In this document: positions 28,303 to 37,516 of the stretch, piece by piece
Layout: each line of letters opens with the position of its first letter
Numbering within the stretch: position 1 is the stretch's first letter
Origin: an uncultured bacterium
Lineage (GTDB): Bacteria; Chloroflexota; UBA5177; JANWHV01
Length of the DNA stretch: 64,000 bases
Direction of reading: 5' to 3'
Assembly (NCBI GenBank): GCA_963827235.1
Contig: CAWHAE010000010.1
Location: forward strand, 704,001 to 768,000
The notes under the pieces: model-generated
Databases searched by the model: none
What the model was told of the DNA's origin: nothing
Seen by the model: the letters and a program-made list of their open reading frames with translations, nothing else
Position numbers and translations under genes: made by a program

Positions 28303-29679
28303 TCAGGCCCTGGTCACAGCGGAGCGCCTGGACTGCAGCGCCTCCGCCCGGCGAGCCTGCTCCTTGGCATCAGCGATTCGCCCCGCCTGGAGGTAGAGAA
28401 TGCTCAGGTCGCGGCGAAGCTTGGAATTGGATGGATCGCGGGACACCTCGTATTCGAGCTGGGTAATAGTGACCACGCGGCGCGGCGGCGGCTTGACCGG
28501 TGAAGGAATGGTCGGAGTTTCAGCCGGAGGAAGGGCAGGAACGGCGGGCAAGGGACCGGCCGAAGCCGCTACGGCCGTCACCGGCGGAGGCGTCTCGCCT
28601 GGTCCATCGGCGCCGGTTGGTCGGCGTTGCGCGCCGATGAGGCGGGGCAGGCGGGAGCGTGAAAGCTGCTCGAGTACCGATCGGGGCGGCGGGGGGCCGG
28701 CGTGATCGCTCGCTGCGTCTTCGCGCCCTGCACCGGCCTGCACGTCGTCGACCTGGCGCCGCGGCGCCGATTCCGGGACCGGCGGTGCAGCCGTCCCTCT
28801 TTTGCTCGATCGGGCCTGCATCATTGCCGCCCACGGGTTCGACCCGAAGTTGGCCCCGGTGCCGCCAAACTCCGACTTCAGTCGCGTAAGCTGCGCCTGG
28901 TAGAACATTTTCCGGTCGGCGGGCAGGCGGTCGATGACTTCTTTGTACAGCGTCTCCGCGTCGGACATCCGGCCCCGCTTGGCCAGAACACGACCAAGAG
29001 ATTGCAGCACCTGGTCGTCGCACGGCCCGTTGCGGTTAGCGGCCTGCAGAAGGTCGATCGCTCGATCGACGTCGCCCTGTTTCTCCATCAAGCCGGCAAG
29101 GGCACACTGAGCGCCTCTGTCATCCGGGCGCAGAGTCAAGACCCATTCCACGGATTGAATCGCGGTAGCGGTATCGCCCTGGCTCTCGCGGGTTGCCGCC
29201 AGCACCCTCCATCCCTCTACGTTGCGCTCGTCGCGCTTCAGGACCTGCACGGCAAGAGCCTCAGCCTTGACCGGGTTGTTCCGGCGAAGCTCAAACGCCG
29301 CGAGCGCCACCATGCCGTCCGTCGGATCCACGGTCGAGGCTGTTGTGAACTCCTCACGAGCGTCGTCGATACGGTCCAGCTGCTCGAGAATCTGCCCGCG
29401 AGAGGCGTGCAGCTGCGCATCGTTCGGTTCCAAACGAAGGGCAATGCCCAGCTGCTCGTCGGCTGCCTCATACTCCTCCAGCCTGAAGAGCGCCTGCGCC
29501 AGGTACTCGTAGGACTTCGCGTTGGCGGGATCGAGCGCCACCGCCTTGCGCAGGTCGGCGGCGGCGCGACGCGGATTGTCGTTCGTCAGGTGCGCTATGC
29601 CCGATTCCGTGAGCCCGCGAGCTTTCTGCTGGCGACCGGCGATGTCACCAGGTGACCGGAAGCGGTCGAAGACATCCAT
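28303..29679 (-). CDS. TPR-repeat protein with Pro-rich linker and isolated C-terminal TPR
   Basis: Multiple TPR-like helical repeats, Pro/Ala-rich region, final TPR-like unit. Confidence 0.75.
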   Translation of the reverse strand: MDVFDRFRSPGDIAGRQQKARGLTESGIAHLTNDNPRRAAADLRKAVALDPANAKSYEYLAQALFRLEEYEAADEQLGIALRLEPNDAQLHASRGQILEQLDRIDDAREEFTTASTVDPTDGMVALAAFELRRNNPVKAEALAVQVLKRDERNVEGWRVLAATRESQGDTATAIQSVEWVLTLRPDDRGAQCALAGLMEKQGDVDRAIDLLQAANRNGPCDDQVLQSLGRVLAKRGRMSDAETLYKEVIDRLPADRKMFYQAQLTRLKSEFGGTGANFGSNPWAAMMQARSSKRGTAAPPVPESAPRRQVDDVQAGAGREDAASDHAGPPPPRSVLEQLSRSRLPRLIGAQRRPTGADGPGETPPPVTAVAASAGPLPAVPALPPAETPTIPSPVKPPPRRVVTITQLEYEVSRDPSNSKLRRDLSILYLQAGRIADAKEQARRAEALQSRRSAVTRA

Positions 29680-30041
29680 CCCTGCATTCCTCGCTCACCC
29701 GCTAGCCGCACGTCCGCGGAACAGTCGACTCTGGGGCGGCTCCGACCACCGCCCGGACCGGACCTCCCACACAACAGTCGCCGAGCATGCGCGATCCAGA
29801 AGAGTCCGCCTCCATTGTGGTCCAGGCTAGCATGAGCGCACGCCCTTGTCTCTCCCACATTTGTCGCGTGTTCACGGCAAAAGACGCTATCTGCGCCCTC
29901 CCAGGCGGGCAGCAGATCCGTCCGGCCCGCCACGGCGCACCAGATGTCTGCACCTACCTGCATGGGTGATACAGCCAGAGGCAAACTTGTGGTTTGATCA
30001 TCCCAGTGCAGTCGCGCACCAGGCGCGGGAAGGAATAACAC

Positions 30042-32357
30042 GTGCAGAGTATGCCGCGTGGCCTACGCGTCTACCTGTGTTTCCTGCACGCGTGTTGCCT
30101 CGCCCTGCTGGCCTACCAGATTGAGCGCGCGTTTTCAGGCCCGGTTTCCCGACCCGACAGCCAGGTTGTGCTCGCGGCGGTCGGGTACACGGCGCTCTGC
30201 ACGATCAGTAACGTGCTGAAGCTGAGCACAGCGGCCGTGGTCTGGCAGAACCTGGGCACGGCGGCGTATGTCGGCGCGCTCTTCCTCTTTGCCCCACCAT
30301 ATCCCGTTCTCATGACGCTGGCCGCGGCCGTGTTTTCGCAGATGGACTGGCAGGACACGCCGTCGTGGGTCAAGCGTGCCTTCAACGTCTCCCACGCGGT
30401 GCTGACGGTCGGGCTCACCGGCATGATCTGCTCCTTGTTCTTCCGCCCTGCCGATCTCGTGCACCATGAGTTCCTGGCCTCCCTCCCAGCCATACTCACG
30501 GTCGTCGGCGTCTTCTACGTGTTCGACGTCGGCAAGATGCTCGTCCTGCTGGTGCTGCTGGGACAGGGTTCTCCACGCGACGTCTGGAGGCGCAACTTCC
30601 GCTACACACTCGTGCCCGAGGTGGGATCGGCCTCCATCGGGGTCCTGGTGGCCATCATCTGCACCTACAACGCCTGGGCACTCGTCCTGCTCGCGCTGCC
30701 GGTAGTAGCTATGCAGACCGCGATCAAGGCCAACGCGCAAGCCGAGGAACGCGCTGAGGCGCTCAAGCGGCGCGGCAGCCAACTGGAGGCTGTGCTGGCA
30801 CTGGGGCGGAATCTGCGTCTGCAGCTCAGCCGGACCGACCTTCTCCAGGCGGTCGCGGAAGCCGCCCGCGACATCCTGGAAGCTGAGTCTGTCGCGGGTT
30901 ACCTGCGAGATGAAACCGACCCCGACTGGCTGAGCCGGGCCGTGCTGGCTCCCAAGGAATCCGTCTGTGAGGCTCCAGAGCGGCTCGCCGGCGCCTCGTG
31001 TCTGGCTCCCGAACAACCATTCGAGCTCCGCGTGCCCATCGAGCCCGATGGGAAGCGAGTCGCCGCGCTGCTGCTGGCGTCGGGCACTCCCGAGTCCGTG
31101 TGCGGAGCGGATCGCGACGCGCTGGCCATCCTGGCGGCGCAGGCCGCCATTGCCCTGCAGAATGCCATTCTGCACGAGCGGGCGCTGTCATTGGCCGCGC
31201 ACGACAGTCTCACGGAGCTGCTCAACCGGCGCGCCGTGCAGCGCCGGCTCGAGGAGGAGGTGGCGCGCGCCAAGCGCAGACACCTGCCGACCACGGTCTT
31301 GATGATCGATCTGGACGACTTCAGCAGCATAAACGACACCTACGGTCACGTGTCCGGCGACCTGGTGCTGCGAACCGTGGGCCGCGCCCTGGCGGAAAGC
31401 GTGCGCACCATGGACGTGGTCGCGCGCTACGGCGGGGACGAGTTCCTGGCTTTGCTGCCGGAGACCACGCTCGAGCAGGGCATGGTGATAGCCCAGCGCA
31501 TAGTAGACACGGTCGCGACGCAGCGCATTATCGAGGGCCCGGTGAGTGTTTGCCTCACCGCCAGCGTGGGCGTGGCAACGCTGCCCCAGCACGGCGAGTC
31601 GCCGAAGGAGCTGTTACGCCAGGCCGACCAGGCGGCCTACGCAGCCAAGCACGCCGGAAAAGGCCGCGTCGCTCGACCCGAGGACACCGTGCTCGCGCTC
31701 GACCGCGATCCCGAGGCGCTCGCCCGCCAGCTCGCCAATGCAAACATGGCCACGGTTGCCGCTCTCGCGGCTGCGGTAGACGCCAAGGACTCTTACACAC
31801 TGGGTCACTCGCATCGCGTCGCGCTCTACGCGGCAACGCTGGCCAAGGAGCTCGAGCTGGCCGGCCCGGAGATCGCGCGCATCCAGCTGTCGGGCCAGCT
31901 CCATGACGTGGGCAAGATCGGCGTGTCGGACCTGCTGCTCAAGAAACCCGGTGCGCTAACGGTCGAGGAATTCGCGGCCATCCAGCAGCATCCGGAGATT
32001 GGGGAGCACATGCTGTCGTCGGTTCCGTTCTTGAAGGATATCCTGCCCGCAGTGCGGCATCACCACGAACGTTGGGACGGCCGGGGCTATCCGGATGGCC
32101 TGCGAGCGCAACAGATACCAATGGAGGCCACGATCCTCTGCGTTGCCGATGCGTTCGACGCCATGACGAGCGACCGTCCGTATCGTGCCGCACTCTCCGC
32201 GGACGAGGCGCTCACCCGGGTTCGCGATGGCAGCGGCACGCAGTTCAGCCCGGACGTGGTACTCGCTCTCGAGAGCGCCGTGGAAGCAGGATCGATCGAC
32301 GTTCTGGCCGCAACGTGGGACAGCATTGGCGACGATGCGATCGAAGAGGCCGGCTAG
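30042..32357 (+). CDS. Membrane sensor (multi-TM, MASE9-like) + GAF + GGDEF + HD-GYP protein
   Basis: About 230 hydrophobic N-terminal residues with KRAFN; RTMD I-site and RYGGDEF; AKDSYTLGHSHRV, LHDVGK, HHERWDGRGYP. Confidence 0.92.
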   Translation: MQSMPRGLRVYLCFLHACCLALLAYQIERAFSGPVSRPDSQVVLAAVGYTALCTISNVLKLSTAAVVWQNLGTAAYVGALFLFAPPYPVLMTLAAAVFSQMDWQDTPSWVKRAFNVSHAVLTVGLTGMICSLFFRPADLVHHEFLASLPAILTVVGVFYVFDVGKMLVLLVLLGQGSPRDVWRRNFRYTLVPEVGSASIGVLVAIICTYNAWALVLLALPVVAMQTAIKANAQAEERAEALKRRGSQLEAVLALGRNLRLQLSRTDLLQAVAEAARDILEAESVAGYLRDETDPDWLSRAVLAPKESVCEAPERLAGASCLAPEQPFELRVPIEPDGKRVAALLLASGTPESVCGADRDALAILAAQAAIALQNAILHERALSLAAHDSLTELLNRRAVQRRLEEEVARAKRRHLPTTVLMIDLDDFSSINDTYGHVSGDLVLRTVGRALAESVRTMDVVARYGGDEFLALLPETTLEQGMVIAQRIVDTVATQRIIEGPVSVCLTASVGVATLPQHGESPKELLRQADQAAYAAKHAGKGRVARPEDTVLALDRDPEALARQLANANMATVAALAAAVDAKDSYTLGHSHRVALYAATLAKELELAGPEIARIQLSGQLHDVGKIGVSDLLLKKPGALTVEEFAAIQQHPEIGEHMLSSVPFLKDILPAVRHHHERWDGRGYPDGLRAQQIPMEATILCVADAFDAMTSDRPYRAALSADEALTRVRDGSGTQFSPDVVLALESAVEAGSIDVLAATWDSIGDDAIEEAG

Positions 32358-32380
32358 GTGAGACCGAGCGCGCCCTGGTC

Positions 32381-33013
32381 TCACTGCGTGGCAGGCGCGC
32401 CCAAGGGGCCGTGGTCAAGTCCGGAAACATGCGCGTCTTCGCATGTAGGCGCACTTCGCCGACGACGGGTCGCTCCCCAAACAAGCCAGCCGGCACCGCC
32501 TGCCAGCAGCAGGTCGCCGATGCTGCAAACGCAGCCGTGATCGGCAGGTAAGGCAACGCGTATCTGATCGGAGAGCGCGTTCAGACGACTGGACCCGGTG
32601 GCCGGCTCCCTATTGTAGTAGAGCGGGTCATCCGCGACCAGGGCAGCGGCCTGCGCCGCACCTTCGGTCGAGCGCAGCGCGGCGACGTCGACAGGCATGC
32701 GGCCACCGTTGGCCATGATGGCGGCGCAGTTGAGAGCCAGCCCAAGAAGGATCAGGCGGGCCGGTGCGCCGAGGTGCCAGTTACGGCCGACGCCAAACAG
32801 CACCAAGCCCATGGCCGCCACGTAAACGGCCCTGCCGGCCTTGTGCACGGCTTCCGGGTCCTGCACCGCGATCACGTACACGGCGGCCTGCAGCGCGAAC
32901 GACAGGAGAATCGCCCAGACGACGCGGATCGGCAGGGCGGCGAGCAAGCGGAGCGAGCCGCCCTGAAGAAGAGCAATGACTATGCCGACGATGACCGGCA
33001 ACAGAATGATCAT
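32381..33013 (-). CDS. DUF5317-family membrane protein
   Basis: GIVIALLQGGSLRLL, GLALN...NGGRMPV, LSD.I and SIGD motifs. Confidence 0.85.
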   Translation of the reverse strand: MIILLPVIVGIVIALLQGGSLRLLAALPIRVVWAILLSFALQAAVYVIAVQDPEAVHKAGRAVYVAAMGLVLFGVGRNWHLGAPARLILLGLALNCAAIMANGGRMPVDVAALRSTEGAAQAAALVADDPLYYNREPATGSSRLNALSDQIRVALPADHGCVCSIGDLLLAGGAGWLVWGATRRRRSAPTCEDAHVSGLDHGPLGAPATQ

Positions 33014-33062
33014 GAACCTACAACCACCCGGCTAGCCGCACGGCGTCGTGAGCCTAACACAA

Positions 33063-33101
33063 CCGAGCGACGCCCACTACACGGTCACGGGCGTCGCTCG
33101 G
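33063..33101 (-). terminator. Intrinsic terminator-like hairpin between the peptide ORF and the DUF5317 gene
   Basis: 13-bp inverted repeat CCGAGCGACGCCC...GGGCGTCGCTCGG followed on the minus strand by TTGTGTT. Confidence 0.65.
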
Positions 33102-33125
33102 CGCTCCTTGAGCGGAACCTGGATA

Positions 33126-33248
33126 CTAACGACCGCCCCACATTGTCGTGGCACCGGATGCCATGACGAGGGTCATCAGCGACATAAGAACCAGGAACAG
33201 CCTCACCAGGACATCTCTATGCCACTCGTGAGTGTTCGCGACTTTCAT
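33126..33248 (-). CDS. 40-aa hydrophobic peptide MKVANTHEWHRDVLVRLFLVLMSLMTLVMASGATTMWGGR, putative signalling-peptide precursor (absent from ORF track)
   Basis: SD GGGAAGGAG, then AGGAA, then ATG; hydrophobic core, ASGA, short Trp-containing tail; hairpin follows; co-oriented with DUF5317. Confidence 0.75.
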   Translation of the reverse strand: MKVANTHEWHRDVLVRLFLVLMSLMTLVMASGATTMWGGR

Positions 33249-33547
33249 TTCCTCTCCTTCCCTGGGAAACGCGCACGTGGCCACCACGGCTGTCTCACAC
33301 GATAGACGTGCGACGTTACGCGCGCGTGCAACGAACGGGACACGCCAACAGGGGGAGCCCGACTGGTACCTTAGGGAAGACAGGCGATTTCTTAGAGAAG
33401 ATGCAGGAGCTCTCGGGACATGTTTGAGGACCGAACCTGCTCAGATTGCAGGGTCTCCCCCTGCAACTCGGTGTATAGTTATGAGCGAAGACGTCCTGCC
33501 CTTAGAGAAGACGAACCAATCCAGGCCCGGGGCAGCGAGGGATATCG

Positions 33548-36500
33548 ATGTCCGCACACGCCGGCGGCAGCCCACCGCCCGAACCCGTTGGATCGCCACG
33601 GCTCGAAGCACAACAGTCATCGTCGCCGGCCTCGACCCTCGATCCCGGCCACGCATACAGCTATCAGCAGAAGTACACGCGCTGCAACAAGCCAAACTGC
33701 CGGCGCTGTGCAGACGGCCCCGGCCATGGTCCCTACTGGTACGCCTTCTGGTGGGAAGGCGGGCGCACCCGAACCCGCTATCTTGGTCGAGCTGCTCCCG
33801 TGGCCACGGGGGAGACGACTGCCGTCGATACGGAGTCTGCTCCGGCGCAGGCGGCGGCCACCGGCCTGCGCGTCTTCACGCTGGGCCATTTCGCGGTGTG
33901 GCGTGGAGAGACGCCGATACCGGCCGCGGACTGGTCCCGGCGTAAGTCGCTGGCGCTGTTCAAACTGCTCGTCAGCGTTCCGGGTCACCGGCTGCTGCGC
34001 GATCAAGTGCTGGATCAGCTCTGGCCGGGTACCGCAGCCAAGGGAGCGGAGGTTGGACTTCGCGGCGCCACACACGGTATTCGCCGGGCGCTCGGTACGT
34101 CCGGCGACGGCCATGTGCTCGAGGTACACGGCGACAGCATCGCCATGGCCGAGGGAGTGGCAATGTGGATCGACGCCGATGCCTTTGCCACCGCGGCTAC
34201 CGCCGCCCTGGCCCACCGCGACGTCGACGCGTGCCGCTCGGCGCTCGCGCTCTACGGTGGGGACTATCTGCCCGACGATGTGTACGAGGATTGGAGTACC
34301 CGGCGGCGTGACGAGCTGGCACAGCTACGAACCTCGGTGCTCATCCATCAGTCACGACTCTGCGCCGAGGAGGGCGACACGGCCGAGGCGCGCAGCCTGC
34401 TGGCCGCCGTGCTAGCCCTCGATCCCGCTCATGAGGAAGCGGCCTGCAGGCTGATGATACTGCTGGCCGCGGTAGGCGAGCGCACGGAAGCACTGCGGGT
34501 GTTCCAGCGACTGCGAGACACCCTGCGCGAACAGTATGGGCTGGAGCCAGGTGAGGAAGTGGCCATCCTCGCCCAGAATCTGCACGCGCAGCAGGCGGCG
34601 CGCGCGCAGTACCGGGCGCCGGCGGCCAGGAGACGGCTGACGAATCTGCCATCCGGCCTCACCACGTTCGTGGGGCGAGAGGACGCCCAGGCCGTGGTCG
34701 GGCGCATGTTGAAGAAAGCCCGCCTGGTCACGCTGAGTGGGCCGGGAGGTTCCGGCAAGACGCGACTCGCCCTGCGGGTTGCCGAACAGGCTTTGAGCGC
34801 CTACCCGGACGGCGCGTGGTTGTGCGAGCTGGCCGGCCTGGCGCGACAGGCAGACCGCGGGGGCGCGACAGATGGCGACCCCGTCGCGGCGGCCGTCGCC
34901 AGCGCACTCGGTTTGGTCGAAGACCCCGGGTGCAGGCTAGTCGACACCATCTGCGCCTATCTTGGCCCGCGCCGCATGGTCCTCGTGCTGGACAACTGCG
35001 AGCATTTGATCACGCCGGTTGCCCGACTGGTCGACGCAGTAATCAGGCAGTGCCCCGATGTCACGATACTGGTAACAAGCCAGGAGGCACTCGGCCTTCC
35101 GGCCGAATCGACGTGGGCTGTGCCACCGCTTGCACTTCCCGACGCCGCCAAGCGCTACACTCCCGAGCGGCTGTACGCCTTCGACGCCGTTCGCCTGTTC
35201 GTCGAGCGCGCCCGCGCCGCCCGACCCGGCTTTGTCCTCGACGCCGCGTCCGCATCATTGGTCGGGGACGTCTGCCGGCGGCTCGAGGGCATACCATTAG
35301 CCATCGAGCTGGCGGCCGCTCGGCTGGCCTTTCTACCTCTGGACGCGCTCGTCGCACGCGTGCACGATCGCTTCCGCCTGCTGGTAGGCGGCAGCCGCGT
35401 CGCCCTGCCGCGCCACCAGACCCTGCGAGCCATGATGGACTGGAGCTACGGTCTGCTCGGATCCAGAGAGCGATCCCTGCTCGGCCGGCTGGCGGTGTTT
35501 GCCGGCGGCTGGACGCTGGAAGCGGCAGAGGGTGTATGTCCGGACGCCGAGCTGCCCCGGGATGCGATTCTGGACACGCTGGGCGGCCTTGTAGCGAAGT
35601 CACTCGTCACCGTGAGAGAAGGCGGCGCGGCCGAGCGATACGGCATGCTGGAGACGGTGCGCGAATACGGGCATTCACGGCTCGAGGAGGCGGGACAGGA
35701 GGCAAGCGCACGGGAGCGGCACCTGACCTGGTTCGCGCAGCACTGCGAGGATGTGATTGCCACGTGGGGAACGGCGGATCAGGCCGTGTTGCTGCACGGT
35801 CTGGACGTCGAGCTGGAGAACGTACGCGCGGCACTGGCATGGGGCCTGGAGCGGTCGCCGGCTGCTATCGAGGCGCTCAGGCTGGCCAGCGCGTTGAGCA
35901 GGTACTGGGCAACGCGCGGACTGGTCGCAGAGGGCCGCCGGTGGACTGCCCAGACCCTTGATGCTGCTCGCCATGCGCCCGATGGGCTCCGAGCTACCGC
36001 GCTCAACAGGTGCGCGATCCTGGCCCGCCTCGAGGGGGACGCGCCGGGCGCCGGGCAGTACTGGGAAGCCAGTCTAGCACTGTATCGCGGGATGGGCGAT
36101 GCAGAGGGCGTGGCGCGCGTCGCGGGCAACCTGGGCTTGCTTCGCTACGACCGCGGCGACGATCAGGGCGCCGTGGAAGCGCTCAGCGAGGGCCTTGCGC
36201 TCAAGCGAGAACACGGCAACCAGCAAGAAGTGCCGAACTTCCTGCTCAATCTCGGCATGGTCTACACCAGGATGAAGCGCTATGCCGAGGCGGAGGCCGT
36301 CCTCGGCGAAGCGGGGATCATCTGGCGCGAGGCGGGAGACCAGGTGGGGATGAGCGCCACGTTCCTCAGCATGGCCCAGCTAGCGCGCGAGCAGCAGCAG
36401 CTCGAGAGGGCGGGCACACTCTACGTATCGGGACTGCGTCTTTCCGCCGCCATCGGCGATCGACCGCAGATCGCCACCGGGCTCGAGGGAGCGGCGCACG

Positions 36501-36742
36501 TCCTGCTTCACAGGGGAGCCGGAGCACGCGATCCGGCCTCGCTGAAGCTGTGCGCGCACCTGCTCGCCGCGGCCGCGTCATTACGCGAGAGCACAGGCGT
36601 GTCCATCCACGCCGCGGATCATCCTCAATACCAGGCGGATCTGCGGCAGCTGCGCGCACTCGTGGGTGCGAAGTCGTTCGACGCCGAGTGGGCGCGCGGA
36701 TGGGCCATGCCGCTCGAATCGCTCATCGAGCGCATTTGCTGA
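33548..36742 (+). CDS. AfsR/SARP-type STAND regulator: DUF6788-like Cys/His domain + wHTH + BTAD + NB-ARC-like ATPase + TPR
   Basis: RCNKPNCRRC..GHGPYWY; LRVFTLGHF; ALALYGGDYLP; TFVGRE, GPGGSGKTRLA, LVLDNCEHL, GIPLAIELAAA; C-terminal TPRs. Confidence 0.9.
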   Translation: MSAHAGGSPPPEPVGSPRLEAQQSSSPASTLDPGHAYSYQQKYTRCNKPNCRRCADGPGHGPYWYAFWWEGGRTRTRYLGRAAPVATGETTAVDTESAPAQAAATGLRVFTLGHFAVWRGETPIPAADWSRRKSLALFKLLVSVPGHRLLRDQVLDQLWPGTAAKGAEVGLRGATHGIRRALGTSGDGHVLEVHGDSIAMAEGVAMWIDADAFATAATAALAHRDVDACRSALALYGGDYLPDDVYEDWSTRRRDELAQLRTSVLIHQSRLCAEEGDTAEARSLLAAVLALDPAHEEAACRLMILLAAVGERTEALRVFQRLRDTLREQYGLEPGEEVAILAQNLHAQQAARAQYRAPAARRRLTNLPSGLTTFVGREDAQAVVGRMLKKARLVTLSGPGGSGKTRLALRVAEQALSAYPDGAWLCELAGLARQADRGGATDGDPVAAAVASALGLVEDPGCRLVDTICAYLGPRRMVLVLDNCEHLITPVARLVDAVIRQCPDVTILVTSQEALGLPAESTWAVPPLALPDAAKRYTPERLYAFDAVRLFVERARAARPGFVLDAASASLVGDVCRRLEGIPLAIELAAARLAFLPLDALVARVHDRFRLLVGGSRVALPRHQTLRAMMDWSYGLLGSRERSLLGRLAVFAGGWTLEAAEGVCPDAELPRDAILDTLGGLVAKSLVTVREGGAAERYGMLETVREYGHSRLEEAGQEASARERHLTWFAQHCEDVIATWGTADQAVLLHGLDVELENVRAALAWGLERSPAAIEALRLASALSRYWATRGLVAEGRRWTAQTLDAARHAPDGLRATALNRCAILARLEGDAPGAGQYWEASLALYRGMGDAEGVARVAGNLGLLRYDRGDDQGAVEALSEGLALKREHGNQQEVPNFLLNLGMVYTRMKRYAEAEAVLGEAGIIWREAGDQVGMSATFLSMAQLAREQQQLERAGTLYVSGLRLSAAIGDRPQIATGLEGAAHVLLHRGAGARDPASLKLCAHLLAAAASLRESTGVSIHAADHPQYQADLRQLRALVGAKSFDAEWARGWAMPLESLIERIC

Positions 36743-36932
36743 GCGCGGCCGATCGGCAGCCGCTCGGTCTACATCGAGCATGCCCGCCACGCGCTCGTCG
36801 CGCCGTGCCGCGAGTGCGCTGGAATCTTCAGCGATTGGTACGGCGCGAATCCCGGTCTTCCGCGCCCGCCGCACAGCAAGGATGCAATGCACCAGGTGCG
36901 CGCGAACCGCGCCGGGATGGCACCGGGCCTGA

Positions 36933-37157
36933 TCAGTGTACCGGCTGTCCCCAGCCGCTCGTATGGATGGCCGTCCCGTGCTCGGCCGAGCTTGGCGTCT
37001 CGAGCAACGCATGCAGCCGTACGCTTGCCACCCGGCTGACCTGCTCCATGTCATGGTGCGAATGCAGGGCAGGAAAAGCGTGCGCGGTCACGGTCGTGGC
37101 TCCGGCGAGGCTGGCAGCGGCAACAAGCGTGGCAAGTGCGGTGGCTCTCTTCTTCAT
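36933..37157 (-). CDS. 74-aa secreted small protein/peptide
   Basis: G-rich SD; MKKR, hydrophobic core and AHA signal-peptidase-I site; His-rich mature part ending SGWGQPVH. Confidence 0.65.
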   Translation of the reverse strand: MKKRATALATLVAAASLAGATTVTAHAFPALHSHHDMEQVSRVASVRLHALLETPSSAEHGTAIHTSGWGQPVH

Positions 37158-37516
37158 GGCTATCCCCCCTCACGGACTGCGAGCGCCGAAGGTCCGCCCG
37201 ATTCCACTACCGGACGAATCGCACCCGATGGCGATCGCTTCGTACTCACGCCTCACGCCCACACGGGCTGGGATGGGCGAAGGCTACAACTACCTTAAAT
37301 GAGGTTGGTTCGTAGAGGAATAGGTTCCTGATAGGAAATAAGTGCCCCCCCATATTGGCTGTTCGGGCAGAAACAGGGCAGGCATGCAGCAGCGCGGGCC
37401 GTCAGCGATCGGTGCGAGCGCCGCAGTGGTGCGATCGCCGGGCGCGCGTCACCTGCAGCGGCATCCGGGACCGTGTGCCGCGCCAGGCCGGCCGTACCAC
37501 AGCATGCCGTGGCGCT

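Noticed and set aside
37285-37345. A/T-rich tract with AGGAA-TAGG-TTCCT upstream of the 74-aa peptide gene as a SARP site
   Set aside because: Probably promoter DNA, but no clean 11-bp-period heptamer repeat could be defined.
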